Origin: a virus
Taxonomy: Duplodnaviria > Caudoviricetes
IMG/VR virus record: IMGVR_UViG_3300017747_002922
Location: 1 to 64,000 of that record
DNA: 64,000 nt
Direction: 5' to 3' (one strand)
The notes below the pieces were generated by a model. The model did not search any database. It worked only from the letters and a program-made list of their open reading frames with translations, and was not told the origin of the DNA. Both the position numbers and the translations under genes were made by a program. Of the stretch, positions 36,762 through 46,264 are shown one piece after another. The stretch's first letter is position 1. Each line of letters begins with the position of its first letter.

Positions 36762-37670
36762 ATGTCGTTCGGCCAAGGTCAGATCACCGACTGGACCATT
36801 CGCTTCGAGTCCAATGCCGCCGCCGCCCCGTACGGGGTCGGGCCGCAGGGCATCGCCAACCGCGATGACAGTGTCTCCGTCAAGTTCACGTCCACAGGCA
36901 TGACCTTCACCGGCGCCGTGACGTTTGCGGCGGCCGGGGCCATCGCGGGCGCTGCGGGCGCGGCGGGTTCCGGCACCACCAACGGCAGCGCAGGGTCCGC
37001 CCTCACCTTCACGGGCGGCGCGGGTGGGGCCAAGACTGGCACCGGCACGGCGAACGGCGGTGCGGGTGCCTCGTCCACGAACATCGGCGGCGCGGGTGGG
37101 GCCACGGCCGCAACCGCAGGCACAGCGGTCGGCGGGGCGGGCGGCAACGCGGGCCTCACGGGCGGTGTCGGTGGCGCGGCCACGGCGGGCACCGCAAACG
37201 GCGGGGCGGGCGGGTCGATCCCCCTCCAGCCCGGCCCGGGTGGGGCCTCGGCCGGCGGCATCGCGGGGCAGGCGGGTGTCGTCTACGTCGCCGGCACCGC
37301 ACCGATGCCGTTCCTCCAGAACCAGGCCATCGCCGCCCTCGCGGACACCGACGCGACCGTCACGGCGGCCGATGTCCGAAGCGGCATCTGGACCGTGGCG
37401 ACTGGCGCGACGAACCGAACCAAGACCACCCCGGCGGCGTCGGCCCTGATCTCGACGTTCCCCGGCATTCAGGTCGGCAGCGTGATCGAACTCACGATCT
37501 GCAACCTGAAGGCCGCCAACACCGTCACCCTCGGCCTCGGCGCGGGCGTCACGGCGGCCGGCGGCACGAACCTCGTGGTCGCGGCGGCGGCGGCGGTCAT
37601 CTTCAAACTCGTCGCTACGAACGTCGGGACCGGCACCGAAGCGTTCACGGTCGTTCGCGCCGCGGGGTAG
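36762..37670 (+). CDS. Gly/Ala/Thr-rich virion fibre or spike protein
   Basis: Repeated GGAGG segments and a beta-rich C-terminal domain; AGGAG RBS. Confidence 0.7.
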   Translation: MSFGQGQITDWTIRFESNAAAAPYGVGPQGIANRDDSVSVKFTSTGMTFTGAVTFAAAGAIAGAAGAAGSGTTNGSAGSALTFTGGAGGAKTGTGTANGGAGASSTNIGGAGGATAATAGTAVGGAGGNAGLTGGVGGAATAGTANGGAGGSIPLQPGPGGASAGGIAGQAGVVYVAGTAPMPFLQNQAIAALADTDATVTAADVRSGIWTVATGATNRTKTTPAASALISTFPGIQVGSVIELTICNLKAANTVTLGLGAGVTAAGGTNLVVAAAAAVIFKLVATNVGTGTEAFTVVRAAG

Positions 37671-37701
37671 TCGGTTAGCCTCGGTTCAGGAGGAATCCGC
37701 C

Positions 37702-37893
37702 ATGCCCGTCAAGTTCACCGTAGCCGCCGAGATTCACGAGGACGGGTCGTACCGTTGGAGTGCCGAAAGCCCCGACGGTTCGCCCGTCAATCTCCTCGAC
37801 GTCGTGTCGTTCTTCAACCGCGCGCAGGGCGACGCGATCGGGCAGATGGTGGCGCCGCCTGCCGTCGAACCCGAACCGCCCAAGGAAGGGTAG
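37702..37893 (+). CDS. Small hypothetical protein
   Basis: 63-aa ORF, AGGAGG RBS. Confidence 0.65.
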   Translation: MPVKFTVAAEIHEDGSYRWSAESPDGSPVNLLDVVSFFNRAQGDAIGQMVAPPAVEPEPPKEG

Positions 37894-38340
37894 ATGGCGA
37901 CTTCATACGTCACCAACGCAGTCGAGAAAACCGGCGTCACGACAACGTTCGTGGTGGTCCCGTTGCTCGTCCTCGCGACCGAAGGGGCTACGGTCCCCGC
38001 GGTCCCGCAGGCCGGATGGATGGACAACCTCGAACTGAACTACACGGTCACGGCGGGTGGGCCCCCGACTGTCGTGAGCGCGTACCTGACGTGGGACGTG
38101 ACGGGCGACATCCCCCTCACCACCGTCGGTACCATGACCCCCGTGGCGGGTCAGACGGTGAACAAGTACGGGGGGGCGATCACGATCGGCAAGTGGTACC
38201 GGCGCCCGCAGTTGCTCGCGACCGACCTCACGTCGACCTGTACGATCTACCTCTGGGTCAAGGTCGACGCCGGGACGGTCACCTTCCCGGTTGACGGCGC
38301 GCGCCTCGTCTGCACCACCGACTACTCCAACCAGTCGTAG
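37894..38340 (+). CDS. Beta-rich putative virion protein
   Basis: 148 aa, T/V-rich, abuts the upstream stop. Confidence 0.65.
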   Translation: MATSYVTNAVEKTGVTTTFVVVPLLVLATEGATVPAVPQAGWMDNLELNYTVTAGGPPTVVSAYLTWDVTGDIPLTTVGTMTPVAGQTVNKYGGAITIGKWYRRPQLLATDLTSTCTIYLWVKVDAGTVTFPVDGARLVCTTDYSNQS

Positions 38341-38348
38341 GAGGTTTC

Positions 38349-38921
38349 GTGCCGGACATGATGGGCCGACTGACCGCCAACGCCGTAAGCGCAACGGCGC
38401 GTGCGGTGTCGTCGTACAACCAGCGCGTGCTCCGGTCCCCGGCGACGCCCGGGATCGGGAACATCCTCACGACGAGCGGCACAGCCTACTGGCTGTACGT
38501 GGGCACGCTCACGCAGGACACGACGTACGCGCGGATCCGCTACTTCGTCGCGACGGCGGCGGGCGGCACGCAGACGGCCGAGTTCGCCATCGCATCATCC
38601 CCTCTCCCGCCGTGTGGTGCGGCACAGGTGTTGACGAAGCTCGGAGCGACCGGAAGCGTCACGGACCTCACCGGGACCAACAACCAGAACACGCCGCTCG
38701 CGATCACGATCCCCGCCGGGACGAACGTGTGGATCGGGTTCCGCTCGGCGATGGGCACCACGCAGCCGACGTTCCGGGGGTTGAGCTACGACCTTGCGGA
38801 CGGGTCCGTGTTGCGGACGGCGGCCTCTGGCGCGCTCACGGGTTCGGGACCCTGGACGGGATCCGTTGTCGCCGGATCTACCGGGACGACCACCCCCGAC
38901 TTCGCCTTGTGCATGGACTGA
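38349..38921 (+). CDS. Beta-rich putative virion protein
   Basis: 190 aa, T/G/A-rich; AGGAGG RBS. Confidence 0.65.
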   Translation: MPDMMGRLTANAVSATARAVSSYNQRVLRSPATPGIGNILTTSGTAYWLYVGTLTQDTTYARIRYFVATAAGGTQTAEFAIASSPLPPCGAAQVLTKLGATGSVTDLTGTNNQNTPLAITIPAGTNVWIGFRSAMGTTQPTFRGLSYDLADGSVLRTAASGALTGSGPWTGSVVAGSTGTTTPDFALCMD

Positions 38922-38922
38922 C

Positions 38923-39582
38923 ATGGTCACTCCCTCCCCATCGCGCACCATCCTGAAAGCGGGCGACTCCCTCACGGATGGCTTCGGGTCTACGGACGGC
39001 AACGGCTGGCGTGCGGCCGTCATGGCTTCGATCCCCCGGTGGTTGGAGGTCGGCCTCGTCCCCCTCGGAAGCTCGGCAACAAGCGGCGGCGGCGCGACGG
39101 GGTGGCAGGACTACATGTCGGGCGTGTCGGGTGCCGAGACGCCCGTGATCCTCGCCGCCCTGACCATAGACGTGCCCCTGTTCAAGCCGGACGTAGTGAC
39201 GATCTACGCCGGGACCAACGACTCCAACCACCGGGTATCCGGGTTCGGGACGCCGCCCACGCTCGCGGAAACGGTCGCCAACATCGGCGCGATGATCACG
39301 CTCTGCCAAAACAACTTCGCAGAGGTCGTGCTCATCTGCCCGTTGTCGCCGAACGTTGACCCAACGTACGACGCTGCGATTCAGGTGCAGGACGCCGCCG
39401 TACTCGCGATGGTCGCGACGCACCCGTGGGCCGCACACGTTCAACTTGTCGACGGTCGCACGCCGATCACGAACATCGCGTCGTGGCAGGTCGCCGCGAT
39501 GGCCGACAACACCCACATGAACGACACGGGGTATGCGGCCATCGCAGTCCCGATCTCGGCCGGTATTGCCGCCGCCCTCTGA
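38923..39582 (+). CDS. SGNH/GDSL hydrolase (acetylesterase-like)
   Basis: Block I GDSLTDG, block II GVSG, block III AGTND, block V DNTH. Confidence 0.85.
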   Translation: MVTPSPSRTILKAGDSLTDGFGSTDGNGWRAAVMASIPRWLEVGLVPLGSSATSGGGATGWQDYMSGVSGAETPVILAALTIDVPLFKPDVVTIYAGTNDSNHRVSGFGTPPTLAETVANIGAMITLCQNNFAEVVLICPLSPNVDPTYDAAIQVQDAAVLAMVATHPWAAHVQLVDGRTPITNIASWQVAAMADNTHMNDTGYAAIAVPISAGIAAAL

Positions 39583-39592
39583 CGGAGTTCCG

Positions 39593-40027
39593 ATGCCTGC
39601 TGTTGAGACGCACATGCCCCCCACCAAGACCGAACGCCCACGCGTGAACCGCGCGACGCTGGACCCCACCGTCGCCGCACTCCTCGAAGCGCAGGACGAC
39701 ACGCGCGACATGATCCGGCAGGAGATCGTGGCCGTCCGCGTCGAGATCGGCGGATTCAAGAAGATCGGGTGGGCGCTGCTCGGCGGGTTCTTCGTCCTCC
39801 AGGTCGTCCAGATCGTCATCTTCGCCCAACTCCTCGGCGTGGACGTGCGCGAGACGGCGGCAGCGACCCGCGAGATCGTGAGCGCGACCACGAGCACCAC
39901 CGTCGGCACGGACGCGGCTGGCGAGCCCACCACGACCGTGACGACCACGACCCCCGCCGCACCCCCACCCGCCGCGACGGACGCGCCAGAAGCGCAACCA
40001 GCGGCCCCCACGGACACGGAGCACTGA
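39593..40027 (+). CDS. Single-TM membrane protein (holin-like candidate)
   Basis: KKIGWALLGGFFVLQVVQIVIFAQLLGV transmembrane segment; at the end of the virion operon. Confidence 0.55.
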   Translation: MPAVETHMPPTKTERPRVNRATLDPTVAALLEAQDDTRDMIRQEIVAVRVEIGGFKKIGWALLGGFFVLQVVQIVIFAQLLGVDVRETAAATREIVSATTSTTVGTDAAGEPTTTVTTTTPAAPPPAATDAPEAQPAAPTDTEH

Positions 40028-40028
40028 C

Positions 40029-40364
40029 ATGGGCAACGGCGTACCTGACGCGGGCCACGAACTCGACTTCGAGCCAACCACGGGCGAACTTCGCGTGTCG
40101 CTCACCCTCCGCTCGCACATCACCCTGACCCGCGCGCAGCACAACGACGTGCGTGCCGCTGGGTTGAACGCGGGCGGGATGTCCGACGTGTCCGCCGCCT
40201 ACACCGCCATCAAGGCCGAGATCAACGACATCGAGGCGGGCCGTGGCGCGTGGCTCGACCACTACACGACCGGCATGAACGGCACGGAGACGGACAACAT
40301 CCGGCGCGGCGTGGTGTGGCACTACGTGGCCCGGGGCGACATCCCGAGCCCTCCGCAGCCTTAG
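40029..40364 (+). CDS. Hypothetical protein
   Basis: 111-aa ORF, GGAG upstream. Confidence 0.65.
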   Translation: MGNGVPDAGHELDFEPTTGELRVSLTLRSHITLTRAQHNDVRAAGLNAGGMSDVSAAYTAIKAEINDIEAGRGAWLDHYTTGMNGTETDNIRRGVVWHYVARGDIPSPPQP

Positions 40365-40669
40365 CCGACGACGCGGCGTAGCAGCCGCCGAACCCACGTC
40401 ACCCGACCGACGACCACCGGCGCGGGTGGCGGCGCGGGCGCCGATGCGACGACGCCCGGCAGGAGCGTCAGCCAGAGCACGTGCGCCTGACCGACGCGGC
40501 GCAACATCTCGCGCTGAACGTCGATCGAGTGCCGGCACTCTTGCGGCGACATCGGGCGCGTCTCGGTGGCGGCGTGGACCCTGTCGAGCGCCTGCGCCTG
40601 GCCCTCGCACCACTGCGCGAGGTCCGTCGTGTTGGCGACGATAGCGGCAACGGCGGTATGCAAGTCCAT
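40361..40669 (-). CDS. Hypothetical protein, probably leaderless
   Basis: MDLHTAVAA...; TACCGT begins 12 nt before the ATG. Confidence 0.6.
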   Translation of the reverse strand: MDLHTAVAAIVANTTDLAQWCEGQAQALDRVHAATETRPMSPQECRHSIDVQREMLRRVGQAHVLWLTLLPGVVASAPAPPPAPVVVGRVTWVRRLLRRVVG

Positions 40670-40761
40670 GCGTTCACGGTAGCACGGGGGCGGACACGAC
40701 GCGAACCGAGGCGAGGACAAGCGCGATACAGCGCCGTTGCGTTACGACTCGGACCCCAACG

Positions 40762-40893
40762 TCAGCACCGCCAACCGCACGCGTAGGTCGTCAGGCCGAG
40801 TTGATCGCGCGTGTACCGGGGCCGCCGCTTGCGTTCGTCGAGGTCGTAGGCAGACCACTGCTTGCTCATCTTGCGGGCTTGGCGGCGGTTCAC
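40762..40893 (-). CDS. 43-aa basic peptide (MNRRQARKMSKQWSAY...)
   Basis: Translated by hand; GTGA overlap with the upstream stop. Confidence 0.4.
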   Translation of the reverse strand: MNRRQARKMSKQWSAYDLDERKRRPRYTRDQLGLTTYACGWRC

Positions 40894-41216
40894 GGACGTA
40901 CCGGCAACGGCGCACCCGGCCGGAAGATGCGACCCGCCGCGTAACTGCTCATGTGCCCTTCCAGCCAGACCCGCGGTTCCTTCGACCCGCGACGGTCGCG
41001 CTTGTTCGGCGAGATCGCCCGCACGGTCGTCGCAAACGCGTTGCCGTAGTCGTCGACCACGACCACGTCGGTGCCCTCAACCAACGAGCGGATCCACACC
41101 TGACGGCGGTAGGGGACGTCACGCCAGAGGGCCGACCGGTGCGGTTCACACGCGACGTCGAGGCGCACGGCGGGGGCCTCGAACTCGGCGTGTTCGCGGG
41201 CTTGGGCGGGGGTCAC
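40890..41216 (-). CDS. Hypothetical protein
   Basis: GTGA overlap, GGAGG upstream. Confidence 0.6.
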   Translation of the reverse strand: MTPAQAREHAEFEAPAVRLDVACEPHRSALWRDVPYRRQVWIRSLVEGTDVVVVDDYGNAFATTVRAISPNKRDRRGSKEPRVWLEGHMSSYAAGRIFRPGAPLPVRP

Positions 41217-41371
41217 GGGGTCACCTCCCACGACACCCACACAGACGGCAAGTCGTACCGGTCGCCCAGCCACCACCCGACGGCAAAGAGCGCGAGCATC
41301 GAGAAGACGATGATCGTACCAACGAACCCGAAGATGCGGGCGAGTTCGCCCCCGATGTCGGAACCGTTCAC
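41213..41371 (-). CDS. Small single-TM protein
   Basis: IFGFVGTIIVFSMLALFAVGWWLG segment; GTGA overlap. Confidence 0.55.
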   Translation of the reverse strand: MNGSDIGGELARIFGFVGTIIVFSMLALFAVGWWLGDRYDLPSVWVSWEVTP

Positions 41372-41781
41372 GGGGTCACCTCCCGCCCGTCCGCCGAGAG
41401 CGCGACGACCTTGGATCCGGGGTGCCTGTCGGCGTAGGCGCGAGCGAATCGCAGGGCGGCCTCGTTCGTGTAGGTCGGCGAGATCCAATCCCGGAAGGAG
41501 TGGTCGACCCGTAGCAGCCGATCACACCCCATCGCCACCGGGGCGCCGCCGGACACGAGGAGCAACCCGGTCGCCTCACGCCACCGCTTGCGCGCCGAGC
41601 AGGCGTTGCACACGGGGGCGCCGACCGGTTCGCGGTCGCCTACGGTCCACCACAACCCGTGTGCGATGTCGTTGCACGCGAACCCCTCGGCTTGCGGCAC
41701 CCGTCCCCCGCCCGCTTCGTCCGCGAGTAGGGTGGCGTCGCCATTCGGGGGAATCAGGATGAGGGTGTGGAGGTCAGACAT
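41368..41781 (-). CDS. Hypothetical protein
   Basis: 137-aa ORF in the leftward cascade. Confidence 0.6.
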   Translation of the reverse strand: MSDLHTLILIPPNGDATLLADEAGGGRVPQAEGFACNDIAHGLWWTVGDREPVGAPVCNACSARKRWREATGLLLVSGGAPVAMGCDRLLRVDHSFRDWISPTYTNEAALRFARAYADRHPGSKVVALSADGREVTP

Positions 41782-42040
41782 CGGACACCTCGAACGTCGG
41801 CGCCGCGGACCAGAGGTTGCTCGTCCCCGGCGGCAGCGCGAGGGCCATCCCGTCGGGCAGGTACTCCTCCCGGATCACGGTGGTCGCCATGGATGTCGGC
41901 GCGCCAAAGTGGACGATCAGCGCGTCGGCGGCGTCGGCGGCCAGCGCGATCGTCGGGTAGCCGTGGTGTGCGGCCTCGGCGACGAACGCGAGGATGGTCG
42001 GGACATCGGTGCCGACGTTGCGGCGGACGGGGGGTTTCAT
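41774..42040 (-). CDS. Hypothetical protein
   Basis: 88-aa ORF in the leftward cascade. Confidence 0.6.
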   Translation of the reverse strand: MKPPVRRNVGTDVPTILAFVAEAAHHGYPTIALAADAADALIVHFGAPTSMATTVIREEYLPDGMALALPPGTSNLWSAAPTFEVSDV

Positions 42041-42315
42041 TGGGGGTCATCTCCAGAGGTTGAGGCGCCCGCCTTGGACACTTCCCGCCGCAACGCCCGC
42101 AACGTGCGGATCACGCGCTCGGTGCCGACGGGGTGGCGCAAGAGGTGGTCGTACGCGCCGACGATCTCGCGGAGGGCGAAGAAGTCGGCGCTGGTGATGG
42201 TGAACGGGCCTTTGTCGTCGAGACTCATGGGGCCGCCGATGCGCTCGATCGCCTCGTGCCCGGTGTTGGGGTGCGGCCACGAGCAGCCGGGGGTTGGGTG
42301 TAGGCGGGGGATCAT
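42037..42315 (-). CDS. Hypothetical protein
   Basis: 3' part of ORF 42037-42534; ATGA overlap. Confidence 0.5.
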   Translation of the reverse strand: MIPRLHPTPGCSWPHPNTGHEAIERIGGPMSLDDKGPFTITSADFFALREIVGAYDHLLRHPVGTERVIRTLRALRREVSKAGASTSGDDPQ

Positions 42316-42608
42316 GGCTTTACCGCCGGAATCGTGACCGCCCGGATCGCCTCGACCCCGACGCCAGACCAGCGATCGGCGGCGAGGATGGCGGCGCGCA
42401 TCTCCTCCGCGCCTTCGCGGCGGCCTTGCTCGCGCGCGGTCGCGATCTCGGCGAGCATCCCGGCACGCACACCTTGCTCGCGGGCGTCGGCGAGGGCGCG
42501 GGCGATGGTGTCGATCAGCGGGTAGCCTTGCCACATGCCGAGTCGATCCGCGAAGTCCTCTACGATGTCGCGCGCGGTAGCCTTGTCGGCGTCGGTGGGG
42601 TCACTCAT
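42312..42608 (-). CDS. Hypothetical helical protein
   Basis: 98-aa ORF. Confidence 0.6.
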   Translation of the reverse strand: MSDPTDADKATARDIVEDFADRLGMWQGYPLIDTIARALADAREQGVRAGMLAEIATAREQGRREGAEEMRAAILAADRWSGVGVEAIRAVTIPAVKP

Positions 42609-42837
42609 GGCCGGGATCCTTCCGCGGGCGAGCGTGCATGTTGTCGGCGCACTGACCGTGACCGGGCAACTGGAGGTCCGGCACCCAAAGCGCGCACCGA
42701 CATCCGATGCACGGGAGCGACATCTCCGCGAGTTCGTTCCGGTTGTACGCCTGAACGCCGGCCGACACCACCGCCCGACCCGTGATCATGGCGGCGGTGA
42801 AGCGGTGGCAGATGGGGGGCTTGTCGGGTTCGCTCAT
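42601..42837 (-). CDS. Small Cys-containing protein (CIGCRCALW)
   Basis: GAGGT RBS, downstream of the promoter at 42855-42883. Confidence 0.6.
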   Translation of the reverse strand: MSEPDKPPICHRFTAAMITGRAVVSAGVQAYNRNELAEMSLPCIGCRCALWVPDLQLPGHGQCADNMHARPRKDPGHE

Positions 42838-42854
42838 CTCTACCTCACGCCCCA

Positions 42855-42883
42855 CCATTACTACACCGTCCCCACCACGTCAA
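42855..42883 (-). promoter_or_regulatory. Promoter TTGACG-N17-TAATGG with TGTAGTAA core
   Basis: Member of the repeated motif family. Confidence 0.6.
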
Positions 42884-43233
42884 GGGAACTTGCAACGCTC
42901 GCAGTCCATGCCGCCCGTACACCCGCACGGGAGCGGCTTCGGGTCCTTCTTCACCGACGCGAGGATCAACCGCGCGATGGCGTAGGCGATCGGCCCGTCC
43001 AGCACCTCGGCGACCATGCCGACGGGGCCGAAGACTCCAAGCGGCAACAGGTCGTCTACCCACACCGCGACCGTGCGCGCGATCTCGTCGTCGTCCACGC
43101 CGTCGGCGCGAAGGATTGCAACATCCTGCCGTATGGCCGTGAGGGCGTCCGGCCGCTTGTTCCGCGCGTGCTCCAGTGCCACCCGTGCGCGCTTGCGGAC
43201 CTGGCGAGCGTGGCGGCGGTCGGTGGGGGTCAT
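42880..43233 (-). CDS. Hypothetical protein with an amphipathic segment, downstream of the amidase
   Basis: ATGA overlap with the amidase stop. Confidence 0.6.
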   Translation of the reverse strand: MTPTDRRHARQVRKRARVALEHARNKRPDALTAIRQDVAILRADGVDDDEIARTVAVWVDDLLPLGVFGPVGMVAEVLDGPIAYAIARLILASVKKDPKPLPCGCTGGMDCERCKFP

Positions 43234-43733
43234 GCGTTCACCCGGGCCATGAATGCCTCCCACGGGAACGCCGGCCCCGGATCGGTGTGCGTTGCGCCGG
43301 GGACCTCGGAGTGCCCAACGATGTGCGTGCGGTCGACCGGGATCCCGAACTTCGCGCAGAGGATTGCCGTCACCTCGGCGCCCGCGTCAACCATCGCGGC
43401 GGGCCAGTCGTTCAGCGGGAAGTGCGTGCGGCCCTTCCACGGGTTGATCCGTACCTCGAACTCCAACCCAATCGATCGGTCGTTCCAGCCGGCTTGCGTT
43501 GGACTCCCGGCGTGGATCGCCTTGCAGTCGTCGGGCACCATCTGGACCACGGCGCCGTCGCGACCGATCAGGTAGTGGGCGGCGGTCGGGGGCGAGCGTC
43601 CGACCTTGCGGAACCACGACATGGTCCCGGCTTGCGTGCCGTCTTGAGCGTGGATCACGATGCGGTTGATGGGGTACCGCAGCGACCGAGCCTTGATGCA
43701 GTCGGGGGCGGCGGGGATGTATCGGCCGTTCAT
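43230..43733 (-). CDS. N-acetylmuramoyl-L-alanine amidase (Amidase_2/AmpD-like), probable endolysin
   Basis: IVIH, AAHYLIGRDG, AIHAG, NDRSIGLE, IVGHSEV, TDPG motifs. Confidence 0.9.
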   Translation of the reverse strand: MNGRYIPAAPDCIKARSLRYPINRIVIHAQDGTQAGTMSWFRKVGRSPPTAAHYLIGRDGAVVQMVPDDCKAIHAGSPTQAGWNDRSIGLEFEVRINPWKGRTHFPLNDWPAAMVDAGAEVTAILCAKFGIPVDRTHIVGHSEVPGATHTDPGPAFPWEAFMARVNA

Positions 43734-44110
43734 CGCTTCTCCATGTTCTTGAGGTTCCGCGCTTTGATGCGATCCCGCCGCGCTTCGGCCTTCGCCATGA
43801 TCGCGGCCTGAATGTCGTCGGGCGGCTTCGGGGCCTTCGTCGGCACGCGGAACAGGTCGCGCTCACCGGGCATCGGGGGGACGCCGGAAGCGAGGGCGGA
43901 CATCATGGCGAGGGCGGTGAAGGGGGACATGTTGCTCCGGGTGCCACGTCGGCGTGGCGGGTCGGTGGTTCCGTCGGCGTCGTCGAAGACATCGGCCGCG
44001 CCGGGGTAGTAGACCGTTCCGTCGTGTGTGGGGCAGGGCCCGATCGCGCCTACGTGCGTCGTCATGCCCATGTTGCAAGTACAGATCGGCGGGTCACCGT
44101 AGGGGCTCAC
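43730..44110 (-). CDS. Hypothetical protein
   Basis: 126-aa ORF with 4-nt overlaps. Confidence 0.6.
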   Translation of the reverse strand: MSPYGDPPICTCNMGMTTHVGAIGPCPTHDGTVYYPGAADVFDDADGTTDPPRRRGTRSNMSPFTALAMMSALASGVPPMPGERDLFRVPTKAPKPPDDIQAAIMAKAEARRDRIKARNLKNMEKR

Positions 44111-44871
44111 TCGCGCACGCGGAGGTCGCCGGCCACGGTGGCGGGGTCGAGGCGGCGCACGTCAGAGGCGGCGTCAACGAGCACGGCGTCAAGAATGGCG
44201 TCGAGGCCCATTACGCGGTGCTCCTCCCACGCCGCGAGATTCGTCGTACGCTTGACGGCGGGCCACGGGTCGAATCCGCCGTCGTTGAGGATGGCTGCGA
44301 TGCTGTCCCGCATCGCCCGTGCCCCGTCGACGCGGGCGGCTTGGAGTGCAGCGCGGGCTTCGTCGCGCTCGGCCTCCGCAAACCCCAACCGCGCATCCCG
44401 ATCGCGCAGGGCCTCGATCAGCGCGTGGACGGCGCGGACGGCGGTGACCTCGCCCTGAAGCCGTCGAACCTCGGGGATGTCCAGTGACAGCACCACGGAT
44501 GCGGCGGCGGACTCGCGGTTGCGGGCTTCGTCACGCTCGCGGCGCAACCTGTCCACGGCCGACACGATGGCGTGTGCGGGCGGGTCGGCCAACGACTCGC
44601 CGGGTGCGAGGGACGCGGCCACGAGGGCGGCACCGACGTTGTGCGCGAGCCTTTCGAGACCCGCCGCGTTGGCGTTCTCGTCCGCGGCGGCGCGTTCGGC
44701 CCACTCGCGCATCGTGTCGGCCTCCGTGGTCAGGCGGCGGACCTCGGCCAACAGGTCCCGAAGATACCCGATGTCGACCACCGTGATCGGGGTGCAACCC
44801 GCATCGCGAACGGAATCGGCCACGTCGATCGCACGCTGGGCGGCGTCAACCACGTTCAGAGCATCACTCAC
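44107..44871 (-). CDS. Coiled-coil hypothetical protein
   Basis: Starts MSDALNVV (GTG); GGAGG upstream. Confidence 0.65.
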   Translation of the reverse strand: MSDALNVVDAAQRAIDVADSVRDAGCTPITVVDIGYLRDLLAEVRRLTTEADTMREWAERAAADENANAAGLERLAHNVGAALVAASLAPGESLADPPAHAIVSAVDRLRRERDEARNRESAAASVVLSLDIPEVRRLQGEVTAVRAVHALIEALRDRDARLGFAEAERDEARAALQAARVDGARAMRDSIAAILNDGGFDPWPAVKRTTNLAAWEEHRVMGLDAILDAVLVDAASDVRRLDPATVAGDLRVRE

Positions 44872-45277
44872 GATCCACCTCCACAACCTCAACCTCGCCA
44901 CCCTCAACCATCAACGGCCCCCCATCATCGAGGATCCGCCGGCCGTCCGCATCCGTGCCCACAACCCGCGCCACGACGAGCCCCACGACACCGGCACGGC
45001 GCACCCTCACGCGGCGTTCGGCCTCGGCGACGATCGCGGGCAGGTAGCCGGCGCAGTCGCAGTCGCAGTTGACGGGCAGGCGGAAGCTCACCCGCCGCCA
45101 CGGAGCGACGACGGGCACGCGTTCGGGGTGATGGAGCGGCGTCGGCAGAAGGACTGCCGTGCGCATGAACTCGCCGACCGTCTCACCGTCCATCAGCAGG
45201 CCGCGGATCCGGGCATACAGCGCGTCCGGGACGGCTACGGAGGTCACGCGGGATGGGGCGTCGGGGGCGGGGTTCAT
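44864..45277 (-). CDS. Hypothetical protein with an RHH-like N-terminus
   Basis: VTSVAVPDALYARIRGLL...TVGEFMRTAV. Confidence 0.5.
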   Translation of the reverse strand: MNPAPDAPSRVTSVAVPDALYARIRGLLMDGETVGEFMRTAVLLPTPLHHPERVPVVAPWRRVSFRLPVNCDCDCAGYLPAIVAEAERRVRVRRAGVVGLVVARVVGTDADGRRILDDGGPLMVEGGEVEVVEVDRE

Positions 45278-45675
45278 TCGCCCTCCACGGCTTTGGCGTT
45301 CTCACGGTCAACCATGCACGACATGTAGAAGTCCATGTACGAGTACGGGGTGCCGTCTTCGGTCGTGTAGATGCACGCGAGGGCGTCCCCCCATGCGCGA
45401 TACGAGAACGTCGCGATCGTGCCGTCGCTGAACACGGGCGCACCGTCATCGGCCTCTTGGTGCCAGTCGCCGCCCTCCCGAAGTCCGCGCGCGAGGACCG
45501 CGACCCGGAACGCTTCGGCGTACGGTGCCACCTCTGGCCCGGTCTCTGCGATGTAGTCGGCCCATGTGTTTCCGTGGGCCCACCCGCCCATTCCGCCCAG
45601 CGGCGACTCGGGAAGGGTGGCGTGTTCGCCGTAGTCACCCCATCGGGCAACGGTCAGGGGGTTTGTGGGGTTCAT
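45274..45675 (-). CDS. Hypothetical protein
   Basis: 133-aa ORF, 4-nt overlaps. Confidence 0.65.
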   Translation of the reverse strand: MNPTNPLTVARWGDYGEHATLPESPLGGMGGWAHGNTWADYIAETGPEVAPYAEAFRVAVLARGLREGGDWHQEADDGAPVFSDGTIATFSYRAWGDALACIYTTEDGTPYSYMDFYMSCMVDRENAKAVEGE

Positions 45676-45908
45676 TCGCGCTCCTCGGCGATCCGTCGCC
45701 CGAGTTCTTCGTGAAGGGCCACCGCCTGCTCACGCGTCAGGAACAGGTCCACGAACACGTCGCGGCCGTCGGTGTTGTGGTAGCCCGTGATCATGACGTG
45801 CCGGTCGGTTTGGCGACACTCTACGCAGTTAGGGCCCATCGCGCGGGTCCACTCGACAACGTGGCCGTTCGGGTGGTTGGTCGAGGACGACGGGAGGTTC
45901 GGGTTCAT
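45672..45908 (-). CDS. Small hypothetical protein
   Basis: MNPNLPSS...; ATGA overlap. Confidence 0.6.
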   Translation of the reverse strand: MNPNLPSSSTNHPNGHVVEWTRAMGPNCVECRQTDRHVMITGYHNTDGRDVFVDLFLTREQAVALHEELGRRIAEERE

Positions 45909-46264
45909 TCGGGGCGCTCCTCTGGCAATCCGCACAACTTGCGGCCCGTCGCGGAAAGGCCCATCCAGATCACGGCGTCGGCGGTCGCACCGAAGAAGAT
46001 GTCGGCGGTTCCCCCGTATGCGTCGGCGTTGAACCCGTCGCCGGTCGGGCCCCAATCGGTGTCCCACGCGACGAATCGGCCGTCGGCCAACCGCGCGACT
46101 CCGGCGGATTCGCCATCCCAGCCGAACCCGGAATGGCCTGCGTGCAGAACTTCCTCTGGTTCGGTGTCCGGGTTGAAGTCGGTCGCGTCGGTGCCGTCGA
46201 CCGAGATCAGACGGCCGAACCACTGACTGCGCGAGAAGGGATGAGCGGTGGGGAGGGAGATCAT
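45905..46264 (-). CDS. Acidic hypothetical protein, probably leaderless
   Basis: 119-aa ORF directly after the promoter at 46271-46299. Confidence 0.65.
   Translation of the reverse strand: MISLPTAHPFSRSQWFGRLISVDGTDATDFNPDTEPEEVLHAGHSGFGWDGESAGVARLADGRFVAWDTDWGPTGDGFNADAYGGTADIFFGATADAVIWMGLSATGRKLCGLPEERPE

Noticed and set aside
36900-37280. Repeats in the Gly-rich gene as DGR template or variable repeats
   Set aside because: Protein-level GGAGG repeats; no adenine-specific mismatch pair and no reverse transcriptase in the window.
44260-44290. GGGTCGAATCC resembling a tRNA T-arm
   Set aside because: Inside a coding region; no cloverleaf or acceptor stem.
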